Notes under the pieces: model-generated
What the model was told of the DNA's origin: nothing
What the model saw: the letters and a program-made list of their open reading frames with translations, nothing else
The model's database searches: none
Assembly (NCBI GenBank): GCA_963827475.1
Contig: CAWHAZ010000002.1
Coordinates: forward strand, 94,141 to 158,140
Source: an uncultured Chloroflexia bacterium
GTDB taxonomy: Bacteria; Chloroflexota; Limnocylindria; QHBO01
Direction: 5' to 3'
Length of the DNA stretch: 64,000 nt
Program-made: the position numbers and the translations under genes
Shown here: positions 9,796 through 21,222 of the stretch, piece after piece
How positions within the stretch are numbered: position 1 is the stretch's first letter
How the letters are laid out: the number at the start of each line of letters is the position of its first letter

Positions 9796-11148
9796 TCAAC
9801 CCTCCAGCGGATAGAAGACCAAGCCGGTCAGCAGCTTGGGATAGAAGTACGTTGATTTCTGCGGCATGACGTCCCCGGCAGCCGCCACCGCGGTCAGCTG
9901 TTCCAGCCGGGTGGGACGGACCAGGATCGCCGCCGCCGCCTCGCCACGGGCCACGCGACCGCGGGCATCGGCCTCGCTCCTAGTGTAGAGGAGCGTCTCC
10001 CCGGCGGCCACGTCGTCGGCGGAGATGCCCAGCCGGTCGCCGAGCAGCGCGGCGTGGAGCAGCGCCAGGTCCAGGCGCCGGGCCGGCGGGGAGCCGGGTT
10101 CGCCCCGCATGCGGTCGGCGGCGACGTCCGCGTCGCCGATGAGCAGCCACCCCTCCCCGTCGAGCAGCAGCCCGAACACCGCCTCGTCGGCGTCGCGCAG
10201 GTCCGCAAGTCGCTCCCCCAGCGCCTCGGGCGCCACCGGCACGGCCTGGAACAGCGGATCCGGCCCGCGGAGGACCGCGCGCAACCGTTCGGCGTCGACG
10301 GTGCGGAGCAACCGATGGGTGGGCCGGATCTCCATCGACTCGCGCGCGGCGTTGACCAGGACCGCCATCACCCAGTCGGCCGCCAGGGCGCCTGGCTCGG
10401 CCGCAGCCGTGATCGGCTTCGACCGCACCTCCGCCTGGTACGCCAGCGCGGTCTCGTACCGATGGTGACCGTCGGCGATGACCAGCCGGCGCCGGGACAG
10501 GTACGCGGCAAGGCCACCGTCATCCGCAATGACCCCCGCGCGATGGAGCAGCCCGTCGCCGTCGCGGGCCCGCCACTCCTCGTACACAGGTCGCTCGATC
10601 AGGCTCTCGTACCGATCGGCGGGGTCGCTGTACATGATCATGATCGGGCTCAGTTGGGCCTGGGTCGCCCGCAGCAGACCGAGACGATCGGCCTTCGGGC
10701 CGGGCATCGTGTGCTCGTGGGGACGAATGGTCGGGCCCCACGGCTCGAGCCGAACGCGGGCCAGGACGCCGCGCACCTCCGATCGGTGCGGATCATCGGC
10801 CGCGCTGTCGGCCGAGGTGTATCGGTAGGAGTACAGCGCGGCCTTCGAGCGCAGGCCGAGGGTCCCGTCGTCGCGCCACGCGGCGAGCGCCTCGGCGGCG
10901 GCCCGGTGAGGGGCGGCCTCCGCACTCAGCTCCAGGCGGACCGCGTTGCGCGGGTGACGGGACAGCAGGCTGGTCCGCTGCGAGTCGCTGATCACGTCAT
11001 ATGGCGGGCTGACCAGATCGGTCAGGTCGGCGACGCGACCGGGGTGCGCGGCTGCCTCGCCCGGGCGGCGAACTCGCGCCGGGATCTCGGTGCCGCCGAA
11101 TCGGTCGAGGGCGTAGCCGAGCCCGCGGAGCGGGCGCACCAGGGGCAT
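9796..11148 (-). CDS. DUF1015 family protein
   Basis: SPPYDVIS, PHEHT, IADGHHRYETA, MPQKSTYFYPKLLTGL. Confidence 0.9.
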   Translation of the reverse strand: MPLVRPLRGLGYALDRFGGTEIPARVRRPGEAAAHPGRVADLTDLVSPPYDVISDSQRTSLLSRHPRNAVRLELSAEAAPHRAAAEALAAWRDDGTLGLRSKAALYSYRYTSADSAADDPHRSEVRGVLARVRLEPWGPTIRPHEHTMPGPKADRLGLLRATQAQLSPIMIMYSDPADRYESLIERPVYEEWRARDGDGLLHRAGVIADDGGLAAYLSRRRLVIADGHHRYETALAYQAEVRSKPITAAAEPGALAADWVMAVLVNAARESMEIRPTHRLLRTVDAERLRAVLRGPDPLFQAVPVAPEALGERLADLRDADEAVFGLLLDGEGWLLIGDADVAADRMRGEPGSPPARRLDLALLHAALLGDRLGISADDVAAGETLLYTRSEADARGRVARGEAAAAILVRPTRLEQLTAVAAAGDVMPQKSTYFYPKLLTGLVFYPLEG

Positions 11149-11157
11149 GGACGAATC

Positions 11158-13342
11158 CTAGCCGCCGATCTCCTCGAACGAGGACTCGTCCTCCGGCGTC
11201 AGGCGACGACCCGGCCGACTCTCCGGTTGGCGCAGGAAGAGCACCGCGCCGGCGATGAGGGTCAGCAGAACGGCGATCGGGACCCAGGGCAGCTGGCGGT
11301 AGTCGATCGGCCAGACCCGGGTCACGAGCCGTTCGGTCCGGTTGCCCACCAGGTCGGTGACCACGATCCGCACCTCGGTGGGCACGACCCCGGCCTCGAC
11401 CGGGACCGAGAACGACCCGTCGGCTCCCACCTCGCCCGGCTGCCCGTTCACCGTGATCGTGGAACCGGGGAGCGTCCGGCCGGTCACCGCCGGCGCGAAA
11501 TCGATCAGAGGCACCTCCTCGTCCATGCCGAGGTCCGGCGGCTGGCGGTAGACCCGGATCCGCCACGAGGCGTGGTACGCGTGGCCGGCTGGGGTGACCA
11601 GCGTCACGCTGGGCGAGATCGTCGATCCCTCGCTGGCGTCGGACGAGGCCGGCTCGAGGAGCCGGATCCGGGCCGTCCCATCGGCGCCGATGCTGGTCTC
11701 ACGAGAGGCTCCGCCCCGCGCCCACCAGATCCGGCTCCCAGGCGGGCCCTCGATTTCCACGTCCACCGCCTCGCTGCCGACGATGAAATCCCTCGGCCGC
11801 TCGGGATCCGGAGCCACCCCGGTCAGGGTCGGCTGCAGCACACCGAAGTCGGCCTCGGGCACGAGGATCGACGCGGTGCTGGTCAGCTCCAGGGGCCCGG
11901 GCACGTCGACGAACATGAGGTCGACCACCGGTCCCTGCGGCGGTCCCTCCGAAGCACCCGGTCGGAGACGAGGCCAGTGACGCGATCCATGCGCCTTCCG
12001 GACCAACGGTGCCCTCCAGGGAGCGATCGGGCAGGAGGGCGATCGGCTGAACCGATGCCGGCTCGCCGCCGGAGGCGGTGCGTTCCGGCTGAATCAGCAA
12101 CCCACCGAAGACATACGCCTCCGGCACGCCGGGCAGGCCTCCCGGGATCGTTCCGGAGAACAGCGCATTCCGGCCGCGGGGATCGGACTGGGCGACCGCT
12201 GCGGCCACGCCGGCACGCACGTCCGCGCCGAATGTGACGCCACTGCCAAGGTCGCCGGGCAGGGCGAGCACCGAATTCAGGATGGGTCCTTCGCCAATGA
12301 GGATCAGCGTCTGGGCGCCCGAGCCGAGGACCGCCAGCGGAATACCGCTTCGGTGCAGGCGATCGGCGATCGGCTGGAGAGGCTCGTCGCGCCGCCACGA
12401 CCACAGCTGGACGGTTGCGTCGTCTTCCGCGCTGAGCACTGCCGGGCCGCTCGGCAGGTCCAGGATCCTCGCCGTGAAATATGGGTGAGGGACCGCCTCG
12501 AGGACCAGCGATCCCGCGCGCAGGCTGAGCCTTCCCAGATGCGCCTCCTCCAGATTGCCGTTGAGGAGCACGTCGTCCCCCGGCACGCCATCGGATTCGC
12601 CGGCGTCGATGATGACCGGGCAGCAGCCGAGCCCGCCGCGGAAGGCGTGCTGGGAGTGGTCAAAGCCGGTTCCGTTCCAGCGCAGGAGCCCGAGCACCAG
12701 GTCCGCGCCTCCGATAGCGTCCGGCGTGGTCTCGGCCGTGACGATCTCATCGGTCCCATCGCCATCGAGGTCGGCGACCACCATCTGCGATGCGAACTCG
12801 TTCGTCTCCGCGACGAGGTCCATCCCGATCTCCCCGGGGCCGGCTGCCGTCACCTCCCAGATGGTCAGGCAGCACGGAATGGTCAGGTCCGGGTTGGTGC
12901 CGATCGTCGCCGCCACGGCGACCTCGCGACCCGCGCGTCGAACGGTGAACAGCTGCGTCGGCTCGCCGACACGGATGCCGGTCATGCCTTCCTCGTCGAT
13001 CCGGATCCCGTTGCCGATCGCCACGCGGTCGTCGAAGGTCGCGGAGCGCCGAATCCGGATCTGGTTGTTCGACTGCACCGATCCGTCCGCCGCCACCCAC
13101 CAGGCCTGGATCGCGGTCAAGCCGGGACGATCCTCGGACGCCAGGGCGGCGACCACCTCGCGGACCCCGTCGCCGTCGAGGTCGACCACCAGGGCCGCGG
13201 TGACCTGCCCGGAGAGCACCGTCACCGGCGGTTCCTCGGGGAGCGGCGTGCCCGGGATCGGGTCGACCGCCAGGACGGGCGAGGCCAGCGCACCGGCAAG
13301 CAGGCCGGCGCCAAGCAGGGCGGTCAGCGCGCGCCGACGCAT
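11158..13342 (-). CDS. Large exported, C-terminally membrane-anchored protein with FG-GAP/VCBS-like repeats (frameshift near 11960)
   Basis: Signal peptide MRRRALTALLGAGLLAGALASPVLA; DLDGDGVRE and DLDGDGTDE motifs; Ig-like segment and TM helix in second frame. Confidence 0.7.
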
Positions 13343-13412
13343 GGTTCCGTTCAGTCAGCAGGTCGACGGGCTCTGCGCGGGCGATGCAGGAGCATGAGCC
13401 GAATCCTAGCCC

Positions 13413-13845
13413 CTAGCCCCCGATCTCCTCGAAGGTGGAGTCCTCGTCGAGCGTCCGGTTGTCCCCCGACGGCCCGGTGCCGGGCGTTCGCAGGAAGAGC
13501 ACCAATCCGGCGACGACCGTCAGGGCGACGGTAATCGGGATCCACGGCAGCTGTCGGTAGTCGAGCGGCCAGACGCGGGTCACTACGCGTTCGGTCCGAT
13601 TGCCGATCTGGTCGGCGACCATGACGCGGACCTCGGTGGGCAGGACGCCGACGTCCACGGGCACGGAGAAGAATCCGTCCGAGTCCACCTCGCCCGGTCG
13701 TCCGTTCACGGTGACGGTCGAGCCGGGGATGGTCTGGCCCGAGACCAGCGGGGCGACGTCGAAGAACGGGACGAGCATCGTCCAGGACGAGGTCGGGAGG
13801 CTGGCGATAGGCGCTGACGAGCCACGTCCCGCGGTAGGCGTGGCG
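13413..13845 (-). pseudogene. Truncated paralog (C-terminal fragment) of the 11158-13342 surface protein
   Basis: HAYRGTW..YRQPPDL, then PGSTVTVNG..WPLDYRQLPW-TM-FEEIGG; similarity starts right after the acyl-CoA synthetase stop. Confidence 0.7.
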
Positions 13846-13850
13846 TCCCC

Positions 13851-15845
13851 TCAGCCGCGCAGCGCGCGGATCGGTTCCAGGGTGGCCGGATCCTCGAGCG
13901 CCGAGACGTCGCCCAGGTCCAGCCCGAGGTACGCAGCCCGGGCCACACGACGGAGAATCTTCCCGTTCCGCGTCTTTGGCAAGGCGGGCACGAGGTGCAC
14001 GGATGCGGGCTTGAACGACTTCCCCAGGGACTCCACCACCCGCTGACCGATGTCGCCGGAAGGGTCCCCCGCCGGATCACCCGACAGGTCAGCCTCGCCC
14101 ACGACCGCGAGCAGGACGATGGCCTCGCCCTTCACCTCGTCCGGCACGCCCATCGCCAGTGCCTCGGTCACCGCCGGGTGGGCGACCGCGGCCGACTCCA
14201 CTTCCGCCGGACCGATCCGCTTGCCGGCCACCTTGATCGTGTCGTCGGAGCGGCCGCTGATGTACCAGAACCCGTCTTCGTCGATCCGGGCCCAGTCCCC
14301 GTGGACCCATACCCCCGGCAGCCGTGACCAGTACGCCTCGAGGTACCGATCCGGGTCGCGCCAGAAGCCCTGGGTCATCCCCGGCCATGGCTGGCGGATG
14401 GCCAGCTCCCCCACCTCGCCGCGGACCGGGTGGCCGTCCGCGTCCACCACGTCGGCCGCCATGCCGGGGCACGGCCCGGCGAACGAGCACGGGGCGATGG
14501 GCGTGATCGTGGTGCAGCCCACGATGCCGCCGCTGATCTCCGTCCCGCCGGAGTAGTTGATGATCGGGACCCGCTCCTCGCCCACCTCGCGGAAGAGCCA
14601 CCACCACGGGTCGGGGTTCCAGGGCTCCCCGGTCGACCCCAGCACGCGCAGGGAAGATCGGTCATGGGCCCGTACGGGCTCCGACCCATGCGTCATGAGC
14701 GCGCGGACCGCGGTCGGGCTGATCCCCAGGTGGGTGATCCGGTGGCGCTCGACGAGGTCCCACAGCCGGTCAGGGCCCGGGAAGTCGGGCGTGCCCTCGT
14801 AGATGACCAGGGTGGCGCCAAGCAGCAGGGCGCCGGACACCGCCCACGGACCCATCATCCATCCCATGTCCGTGAACCAGAACAGCACGTCGCCGTGCTG
14901 GAGGTCGAAGCAATGCGCGAGGTCCACCGCGCTCTTCAGCGGGAATCCGCCGTGGACATGGACCGCGCCCTTCGGCCGTCCGGTCGTGCCGCTGGTGTAG
15001 ATCAGCATGTACGGGTCGTTCGCATCGGTCGCGACCGATGGCACCGGCTCGTCGCCCGCCCAGGCCAGGGCGGGGCTCCACTCGACGTCGCGCCCCTCGC
15101 GCCACGGCACATCCCGCGACGCCATCCCGAAGCGGCGGACGACGAGGCAATGCTCCACGGTCGGGGCCTCGGCCAGTGCGGCATCGGCCACCGACTTCAT
15201 GTCCACGACCTTGCCCCGACGGTAGAACCCGTCGGCGGTGACGAGCAGCTTCGCGTCACAGTCCGCCAGGCGGCTGGCAACGGCGGGCGCCCCGTAGCCG
15301 GAGAAGATCGGGGTGTAGACCGCGCCCAGCTTGCCGACGGCCAGGACCGCGACCACGGTCTCGGGAATCATCGGCATGAAGATCCCGACCCGGTCGCCGC
15401 GTCCGACCCCGAGGGCAGCCATGGCCCGCGCGGCGCGATCGACCTCGGCGCGCAGCTCCCCGCGGGTCAGGCGCCGGACCGATCCGTCCTCCCCCTCCCA
15501 GATCAGCGCGGTCTCGTCCGGTCGCTCACCCGCCGGTCCGTCGACCCCGGTGGCCACGTAGTTGAAGCCGGCCCCGACCCACCAGCGGGCCCACTCGGGC
15601 CCCTTCGAAACGTCGAGCACGGCCTCCGGCTCCGGATCGAACCGAATTCCGAGGTCCGCCACGGCCGACGACCAGAACCAGGCCGGATCGGCCTCGGCAC
15701 GGGCCTGGAGGTCTTCGAGGTCGGCGCAGCCGACATCGGTCAGAAACCGGCGCAGCCGGCTCCGCTCCAGGTATTCGGCTGAGGGCCGCCATGCCGCCGC
15801 GGATGAATCGGTCCCGAACCGGGGGCCCGCCGAGCGAACCGCCAT
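13851..15845 (-). CDS. Acetate/acyl-CoA ligase (AMP-forming acetyl-CoA synthetase family)
   Basis: YTSGTTGRPKG, STGEPWN, GRSDDTIKVAGKRIG, LPKTRNGKILRR. Confidence 0.92.
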   Translation of the reverse strand: MAVRSAGPRFGTDSSAAAWRPSAEYLERSRLRRFLTDVGCADLEDLQARAEADPAWFWSSAVADLGIRFDPEPEAVLDVSKGPEWARWWVGAGFNYVATGVDGPAGERPDETALIWEGEDGSVRRLTRGELRAEVDRAARAMAALGVGRGDRVGIFMPMIPETVVAVLAVGKLGAVYTPIFSGYGAPAVASRLADCDAKLLVTADGFYRRGKVVDMKSVADAALAEAPTVEHCLVVRRFGMASRDVPWREGRDVEWSPALAWAGDEPVPSVATDANDPYMLIYTSGTTGRPKGAVHVHGGFPLKSAVDLAHCFDLQHGDVLFWFTDMGWMMGPWAVSGALLLGATLVIYEGTPDFPGPDRLWDLVERHRITHLGISPTAVRALMTHGSEPVRAHDRSSLRVLGSTGEPWNPDPWWWLFREVGEERVPIINYSGGTEISGGIVGCTTITPIAPCSFAGPCPGMAADVVDADGHPVRGEVGELAIRQPWPGMTQGFWRDPDRYLEAYWSRLPGVWVHGDWARIDEDGFWYISGRSDDTIKVAGKRIGPAEVESAAVAHPAVTEALAMGVPDEVKGEAIVLLAVVGEADLSGDPAGDPSGDIGQRVVESLGKSFKPASVHLVPALPKTRNGKILRRVARAAYLGLDLGDVSALEDPATLEPIRALRG

Positions 15846-15851
15846 CGGTCC

Positions 15852-17003
15852 CTACATCGCCCGGATGCCGAGCAGGTTGCGGGCGATCACGAGCCGCTGG
15901 ATCTCGCTCGTCCCCTCCCCGATCTCGGTCAGCTTGGCGTCGCGCAGGTAGCGCTCGACCTTGTACTCGCGGACGTAGCCGTACCCGCCGTGGACCTGGA
16001 TGGCGGCGTTCGTGGCCCGCATCGAGACCTCGGAGGCGTACAGCTTGGCCATCGCCGCCTCGGTGGTGAACGGGCGGCCCTGGTCCTTCAGCCACGCCGC
16101 GCGGTAGACGAGCAGGCGGGCGGCGTCGATCTCGGTCGCCATGTCCGCGATCTTGAACGCCACGCCCTGGAAGGTGCCGATCGCCCGCCCGAACTGGTGC
16201 CGCTCCTTGGCATAGGCCGATGCGGCCTCGTAGGCCGCCTGCGCCAGCCCCAGGGCCATGGCGCCGATCCCGATCCGGCCGCCGTCCAGGGTGCGGAGGA
16301 ACAGCTTGTCGCCCTCCCCCTCGTCGCCCAGCAGGTTGCCGGCCGGGACCCGGCAGCCGGAGAACAGCAGCTCCCCGGTGGCCGAGGCGTGGAGGCCCAT
16401 CTTCTCCTCGAGCCGACCGAACGTGAACCCGGGCGTGCCCTTCTCCACGATGAAGGCGGTGATCTGCGAGTCGTCCTCCGCCTCGCCGGTCCGCGCCACG
16501 ACGATGTAGGTGTCCGCCACCCCGGCGTTGGTGATGAACTGCTTCGCGCCGTCGATGACCCACTCGTCACCGTCGCGCCGCGCCCGGGTCTTCGTCCCGC
16601 GCGAGTCGCTGCCGGCCCCTGGCTCGGTCAGGCCGTAGGCGCCGAGCTTCTCCCCGCTGGCGAGGGGACGGAGGAACCGCTCCTTCTGCTCGTCGGTGCC
16701 GGCGAGGTACAGCGGACCGGCGCCGAGCGAGGTGTGGGCCGAGACGATGATCCCCATGCTGCCGGACACCCGGGACAGCTCTTCGATGGTGATGGCGTAG
16801 GCCAGGTTGTCCAGCCCGGTGCCGCCGAGGTCGGTCGGGTACGGCACGCCGAGCAGGCCCAGGGACGCCGCCTCGCGGACGAGGTCGTGCGGAAACTCGC
16901 CCCGAACCTCCATCTCGTCGGCCACCGGCGCAATGCGCCGATCCGCGAAGTCGCGGACGGTCCGGCGGATGTCCTCGTGGGCAGGCGAGAGGGCGAAATC
17001 CAT
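15852..17003 (-). CDS. Acyl-CoA dehydrogenase
   Basis: [43 protein letters not shown]. Confidence 0.95.
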   Translation of the reverse strand: MDFALSPAHEDIRRTVRDFADRRIAPVADEMEVRGEFPHDLVREAASLGLLGVPYPTDLGGTGLDNLAYAITIEELSRVSGSMGIIVSAHTSLGAGPLYLAGTDEQKERFLRPLASGEKLGAYGLTEPGAGSDSRGTKTRARRDGDEWVIDGAKQFITNAGVADTYIVVARTGEAEDDSQITAFIVEKGTPGFTFGRLEEKMGLHASATGELLFSGCRVPAGNLLGDEGEGDKLFLRTLDGGRIGIGAMALGLAQAAYEAASAYAKERHQFGRAIGTFQGVAFKIADMATEIDAARLLVYRAAWLKDQGRPFTTEAAMAKLYASEVSMRATNAAIQVHGGYGYVREYKVERYLRDAKLTEIGEGTSEIQRLVIARNLLGIRAM

Positions 17004-17071
17004 CGGTCGCCGAGTCTATCAGCGGGTTTGTGCCCGGACCTATACTGCCGGGACGCTGGGAGGGTGCGCGG

Positions 17072-18226
17072 TTGCCCGACGTCGACGTCCGCCTGGAGAA
17101 CGTCACCAAGTCATTCGGCGAGATGGTCGCCGTCGATGACCTGTCCCTCGAGGTCTGGCGAGGCGAGTTCTTCTCCCTGCTGGGGCCGTCCGGATGTGGC
17201 AAAACCACGACCCTGCGGATGATCGGCGGCTTCGAGGAGACGACGAGCGGGACGGTCTACCTCGGCGACGAGGACGTCACCGGCCTGCCGCCGTTCAAGC
17301 GCAACGTCAACACCGTCTTCCAGAACTACGCCCTCTTCCCGCACTTGACGATCTACGAGAACGTCGCGTTCGGCCTCCGCCGCCGCAAGGTCTCCGATGC
17401 ACAGGTCAAGAGCCAGGTCGAGGCCATGCTGAAGCTCGTCGAGCTGCCCGGATTCGAGCAACGCAAGCCGACGATGCTGTCCGGCGGTCAGCAGCAACGG
17501 GTGGCCCTTGCCCGCGCCCTGATCAACCATCCCCAGGTGCTCCTCCTGGACGAGCCGCTCGGCGCCCTGGACCTGAAGCTCCGGAAGCAGATGCAGATCG
17601 AGCTGAAGAGCATCCAGACCGAGGTCGGGATCACGTTCATCTATGTGACCCATGACCAGGAAGAGGCCATGACCATGTCCGATCGGATCGCGGTCATGCG
17701 AGCTGGCAAGATCGAGCAGCTGGGCGATCCCGAGAGCCTGTACGAGCGGCCGCAGACCGCCTTCGTGGCCGGGTTCCTGGGCGTGTCGAACCTGCTCGAG
17801 GGCGAGGTTGCTGGCCACGAGGGCGGGATGATCGCCATCCGGCTGAAGGACGGGACGCTGATCAAGGCCCCGGCCGGCAACGACGGCCAGCGCGAGGTCC
17901 GCCTCGGCGTTCGCCCCGAGAAGCTGCGCGTCGTGACCGACCGCTCGGCCGAGGCCGCCGCAGACCTCAACGCGCTGGAGGGGACGGTGCTCGACGCCAG
18001 CTATATCGGGGTCAGCACCCAGTACCTGGTCGAAACCCGCGACGGCCACCGCATGACCGCCTACACCCAGAACCTCGAGACCGCCGGTGCGGCCGAGGCC
18101 ATCGCCCGCGGCGAGAAGGTGCGGCTCACCTGGAACCCGCGTCACACGTTCGTCGTTGCCGGCTCGGCCGAGCACGTCCCCAGCGATCCCCATGCCCCGG
18201 AGGAAGAAGGAGAAATCGATGTCTGA
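17072..18226 (+). CDS. potA: Spermidine/putrescine ABC transporter ATP-binding protein
   Basis: GPSGCGKT, VFQNYALFPH, LSGGQQQR, LLLDEP, TOBE-like C-terminus; TTG start after GGGAGG. Confidence 0.9.
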   Translation: MPDVDVRLENVTKSFGEMVAVDDLSLEVWRGEFFSLLGPSGCGKTTTLRMIGGFEETTSGTVYLGDEDVTGLPPFKRNVNTVFQNYALFPHLTIYENVAFGLRRRKVSDAQVKSQVEAMLKLVELPGFEQRKPTMLSGGQQQRVALARALINHPQVLLLDEPLGALDLKLRKQMQIELKSIQTEVGITFIYVTHDQEEAMTMSDRIAVMRAGKIEQLGDPESLYERPQTAFVAGFLGVSNLLEGEVAGHEGGMIAIRLKDGTLIKAPAGNDGQREVRLGVRPEKLRVVTDRSAEAAADLNALEGTVLDASYIGVSTQYLVETRDGHRMTAYTQNLETAGAAEAIARGEKVRLTWNPRHTFVVAGSAEHVPSDPHAPEEEGEIDV

Positions 18227-19466
18227 TCAGCGCAGCCGGATCGAGCTGGCCATCGAGCGGGCCATGCGCCAGGACCGGATCAACCGGCGAGCCTTCCTGG
18301 GCAGGGCCGGTCGGGGCGGCGTTGCGCTGGGGGCGATGATGACCCTGCCCGGCCTGATCGCGGCGTGCTCCCCCGGCGACGGGGATGGGGTCACGCTCGA
18401 GTGGGCGAACTGGACGGCGTACATCGACATCGACGAAGAGAACCCGCCGAACCCGACGCCGTACCCGACGATCAACGCCTTTATCGAGCAGACCGGCTTC
18501 AACGTGAACTACCAGGAATCCATCCTGGACAACGCGGAGTTCATGCAGGCCCTCCTGCCCGACCTGACCAACGGCAATCCGACAGGGTGGGACCTCATCA
18601 CGCCGGGTGGATGGGTGGTGCAGCGCCTGGGTGAGCTCGGCTACCTCGAGGAGCTGGACCACAGCAAGCTGCCGAACTGGAGCGCCAACGCGGCGGACCA
18701 CGCGACCGGCCTATGGTTCGACCCCGACAACACATGGAGCATCTGGTGGCAGGGCGGGATCACCGGGATCGCCTACGACCCAAATCAGACTGGGCGTGAG
18801 CTGACGAGCTTCGACGACCTGCTCGACCCCGAGTTCGCGGGGCGCGTGGGCGCCTTCAGTGACATGCGGGACATGTTTGGCCTGACCCTGCTCAGCCTGG
18901 GCATCGTCCCGGAGAACGCCACCGTGGACGACGCCACCGCCGCTCAGCAGGTCCTCCTGGAGGCCAACGAGCGCAGCCAGTTCCGCGGCTACTACGGCAA
19001 TGAGTACTACGACGCGCTCGCCGCCGGCGACCTCATCGCCAGCGTGGCGTGGTCCGGCGACGTCACGCAGATCCAGCTCGCCGACAACCCCGACATGTTG
19101 TTCGTGATCCCCGAAGCCGGCGGCATGCGATGGAACGACAACATGTGCATCCCGAAGGGATCCACGGAGAAGATCGACCAGACCCACCAGCTGATCGATT
19201 ACTGGTACGACCTCGACGCGGCCACCACGCTGTCGGAGTACATCGGGTACTTCACGGGCGTCGACGGGGTCAGCGAGCGGATCACGGAAAACGCGCAGGC
19301 CGCCCGGGACTCGGGCGACACCGAGACCGCCGACTACCTCGATGGGGTCGCGCCAATCGTGATGCCGACGGCGGACCAGATCGATAACACCTACACCGAC
19401 AAGCAGCTCTCAGAGGAGGAGGAGGCCCAGTGGAACGACCTCTTCCTGGAGGTGCTCGGGGGCTGA
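18219..19466 (+). CDS. potD: Polyamine ABC transporter substrate-binding protein (Tat lipoprotein)
   Basis: NRRAFL twin-arginine, LIAAC lipobox, NWTAYID, AWSGD, IPEAGG.RWNDNMCIP. Confidence 0.85.
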   Translation: MSDQRSRIELAIERAMRQDRINRRAFLGRAGRGGVALGAMMTLPGLIAACSPGDGDGVTLEWANWTAYIDIDEENPPNPTPYPTINAFIEQTGFNVNYQESILDNAEFMQALLPDLTNGNPTGWDLITPGGWVVQRLGELGYLEELDHSKLPNWSANAADHATGLWFDPDNTWSIWWQGGITGIAYDPNQTGRELTSFDDLLDPEFAGRVGAFSDMRDMFGLTLLSLGIVPENATVDDATAAQQVLLEANERSQFRGYYGNEYYDALAAGDLIASVAWSGDVTQIQLADNPDMLFVIPEAGGMRWNDNMCIPKGSTEKIDQTHQLIDYWYDLDAATTLSEYIGYFTGVDGVSERITENAQAARDSGDTETADYLDGVAPIVMPTADQIDNTYTDKQLSEEEEAQWNDLFLEVLGG

Positions 19467-19496
19467 CCGAAAAGGGTCCCGCCATCGGTTGAGCCG

Positions 19497-20351
19497 ATGA
19501 ACACCCGTCGATGGGTTCCCTATGCGCTGCTGGCGCCGGGGACGATATGGCTGCTCATCTTCTTCGCCATCCCCATGGGCTACATGCTCATGGTGTCCCT
19601 CCAGGAGGGCAACCTCGCCTCCGGCTTCGAGCTGACCTGGAACTTCGCGATCTACCCCGAGGTCATCGCCGAATTCTGGGAGCTGTTCGTGCGATCGATC
19701 GGCTATGCCCTGATGACGACCGCGATCACGCTCCTCATCGGCTACCCGATGGCCTACACCATTGCGTTCCGCGGAGGCCGGTTCAAGAACATCCTGCTGC
19801 TGGTCGTCGTCCTCCCGTTCTTCGTCAGCTTCGTCATTCGGACGCTGAACTGGAGGATGATCCTGTCCGACAACGGGATGGTCTTCGGGACCCTCAAGGA
19901 CCTCGGGGTCCTGGACCCTGCGTTCCACTTCCTGGCGACGCCCGCATCGGTCATCTTCGGCCTGACCTACAACTTCCTGCCGTTCATGATCCTGCCGCTC
20001 TACGTGGCCCTGGAGAAGATCGACCGCCGGCTGATCGAGGCGGCCACCGACCTGTACGCCAGCCGGCTCCAGGCGTTCCTGCGCATCACATTCGTCCTGT
20101 CCCTGCCGGGCGTGGTGGCCGGGTCGCTGCTGACCTTCATTCCGGCCGTCGGCGACTTCATCAACGCCGAGATCATCGGGGCCGGCAACCCCGACTCGAT
20201 CATGATCGGCAACGTCATCCAGTTCAAATTCATCAACGCCAACGACTACCCCGCGGCCGCGGCGCTGTCGTTCGTGCTGGTGATCGGGGTCATGGCCCTG
20301 GTCGCGGTCTACACCCGGCTGGTCGGCAGCGAGCGGCTGACGGAGTCATGA
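19497..20351 (+). CDS. potB: Polyamine ABC transporter permease
   Basis: YNFLPFMILPLY..LEKID..LIEAA.DL EAA loop. Confidence 0.88.
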   Translation: MNTRRWVPYALLAPGTIWLLIFFAIPMGYMLMVSLQEGNLASGFELTWNFAIYPEVIAEFWELFVRSIGYALMTTAITLLIGYPMAYTIAFRGGRFKNILLLVVVLPFFVSFVIRTLNWRMILSDNGMVFGTLKDLGVLDPAFHFLATPASVIFGLTYNFLPFMILPLYVALEKIDRRLIEAATDLYASRLQAFLRITFVLSLPGVVAGSLLTFIPAVGDFINAEIIGAGNPDSIMIGNVIQFKFINANDYPAAAALSFVLVIGVMALVAVYTRLVGSERLTES

Positions 20352-20355
20352 GCCG

Positions 20356-21180
20356 ATGACCGTCGGTTCGCGGTTCTCGGGCATTGCTCTGCCGGTGTTC
20401 ACCGCACTGGTGGTGATCTTCCTGTTCCTGCCCATCGCGGTGATGATCCTGTTCAGCTTCAACGACCCGGCCGGACGGCAGAACATCACCTGGCAGGGGT
20501 TCACGCTGCAGAACTACATCACCGTGTGGGCGCGCCCCGACATCACCGGGCCACTGGTCCTGAGCCTGGGGATTGCCACCATCTCCACGATCGTGGCCAC
20601 GACCCTGGGCACGATGATGGGACTGGCCCTCGTCCGCTACCAGTTCCGCGGGGAGGGGGCCAGCAACCTGCTCATCTTCATTCCCATGACCGCGCCCGAG
20701 ATCATCCTGGGCGCGTCGCTGCTGACGATGTGGGTTTCGTTCGGGGTCGAGCGCGGCTTCGGCACCATCCTGATCAGCCACATCATGTTCAACATCAGCT
20801 TCGTGGTGGTCACCATTCGGGCCCGGTTGGTGGGGTTCAACCGCTCGCTCGAGGAGGCGGGCATGGACCTCTATGCCGATGGCTGGACGACTTTCCGCAA
20901 GGTGACCCTGCCCATCATCTTTCCCGGCATCCTGGCGGCGGGCCTCCTGGCGTTCGCCCTCTCGATCGACGACTACGTCATCACCCTGTTCAGCGCGGGC
21001 CGGACGCTGACCTTCCCGCTGTGGGTGGTGGGGGCGAGCCGGCTGGGAATCCCGCCGGAGGTCAACGTGCTGGGCACCCTGATCCTGCTCATCGCGTTCG
21101 TGTTCATCGCGGTCCAGACCTGGTCCGCGCGCCGGAGCGGGCGTCGCGAGACCGGCCCGGTGACCATGGTCGGCCGATAG
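20356..21180 (+). CDS. potC: Polyamine ABC transporter permease
   Basis: FSFN, LEEAGMDLYA, AFALSIDD, GIPPEVN. Confidence 0.88.
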   Translation: MTVGSRFSGIALPVFTALVVIFLFLPIAVMILFSFNDPAGRQNITWQGFTLQNYITVWARPDITGPLVLSLGIATISTIVATTLGTMMGLALVRYQFRGEGASNLLIFIPMTAPEIILGASLLTMWVSFGVERGFGTILISHIMFNISFVVVTIRARLVGFNRSLEEAGMDLYADGWTTFRKVTLPIIFPGILAAGLLAFALSIDDYVITLFSAGRTLTFPLWVVGASRLGIPPEVNVLGTLILLIAFVFIAVQTWSARRSGRRETGPVTMVGR

Positions 21181-21222
21181 GCGTCGCTGGGCGAGCCTGA
21201 CCCGACCCGCTACCCTGCGTCC

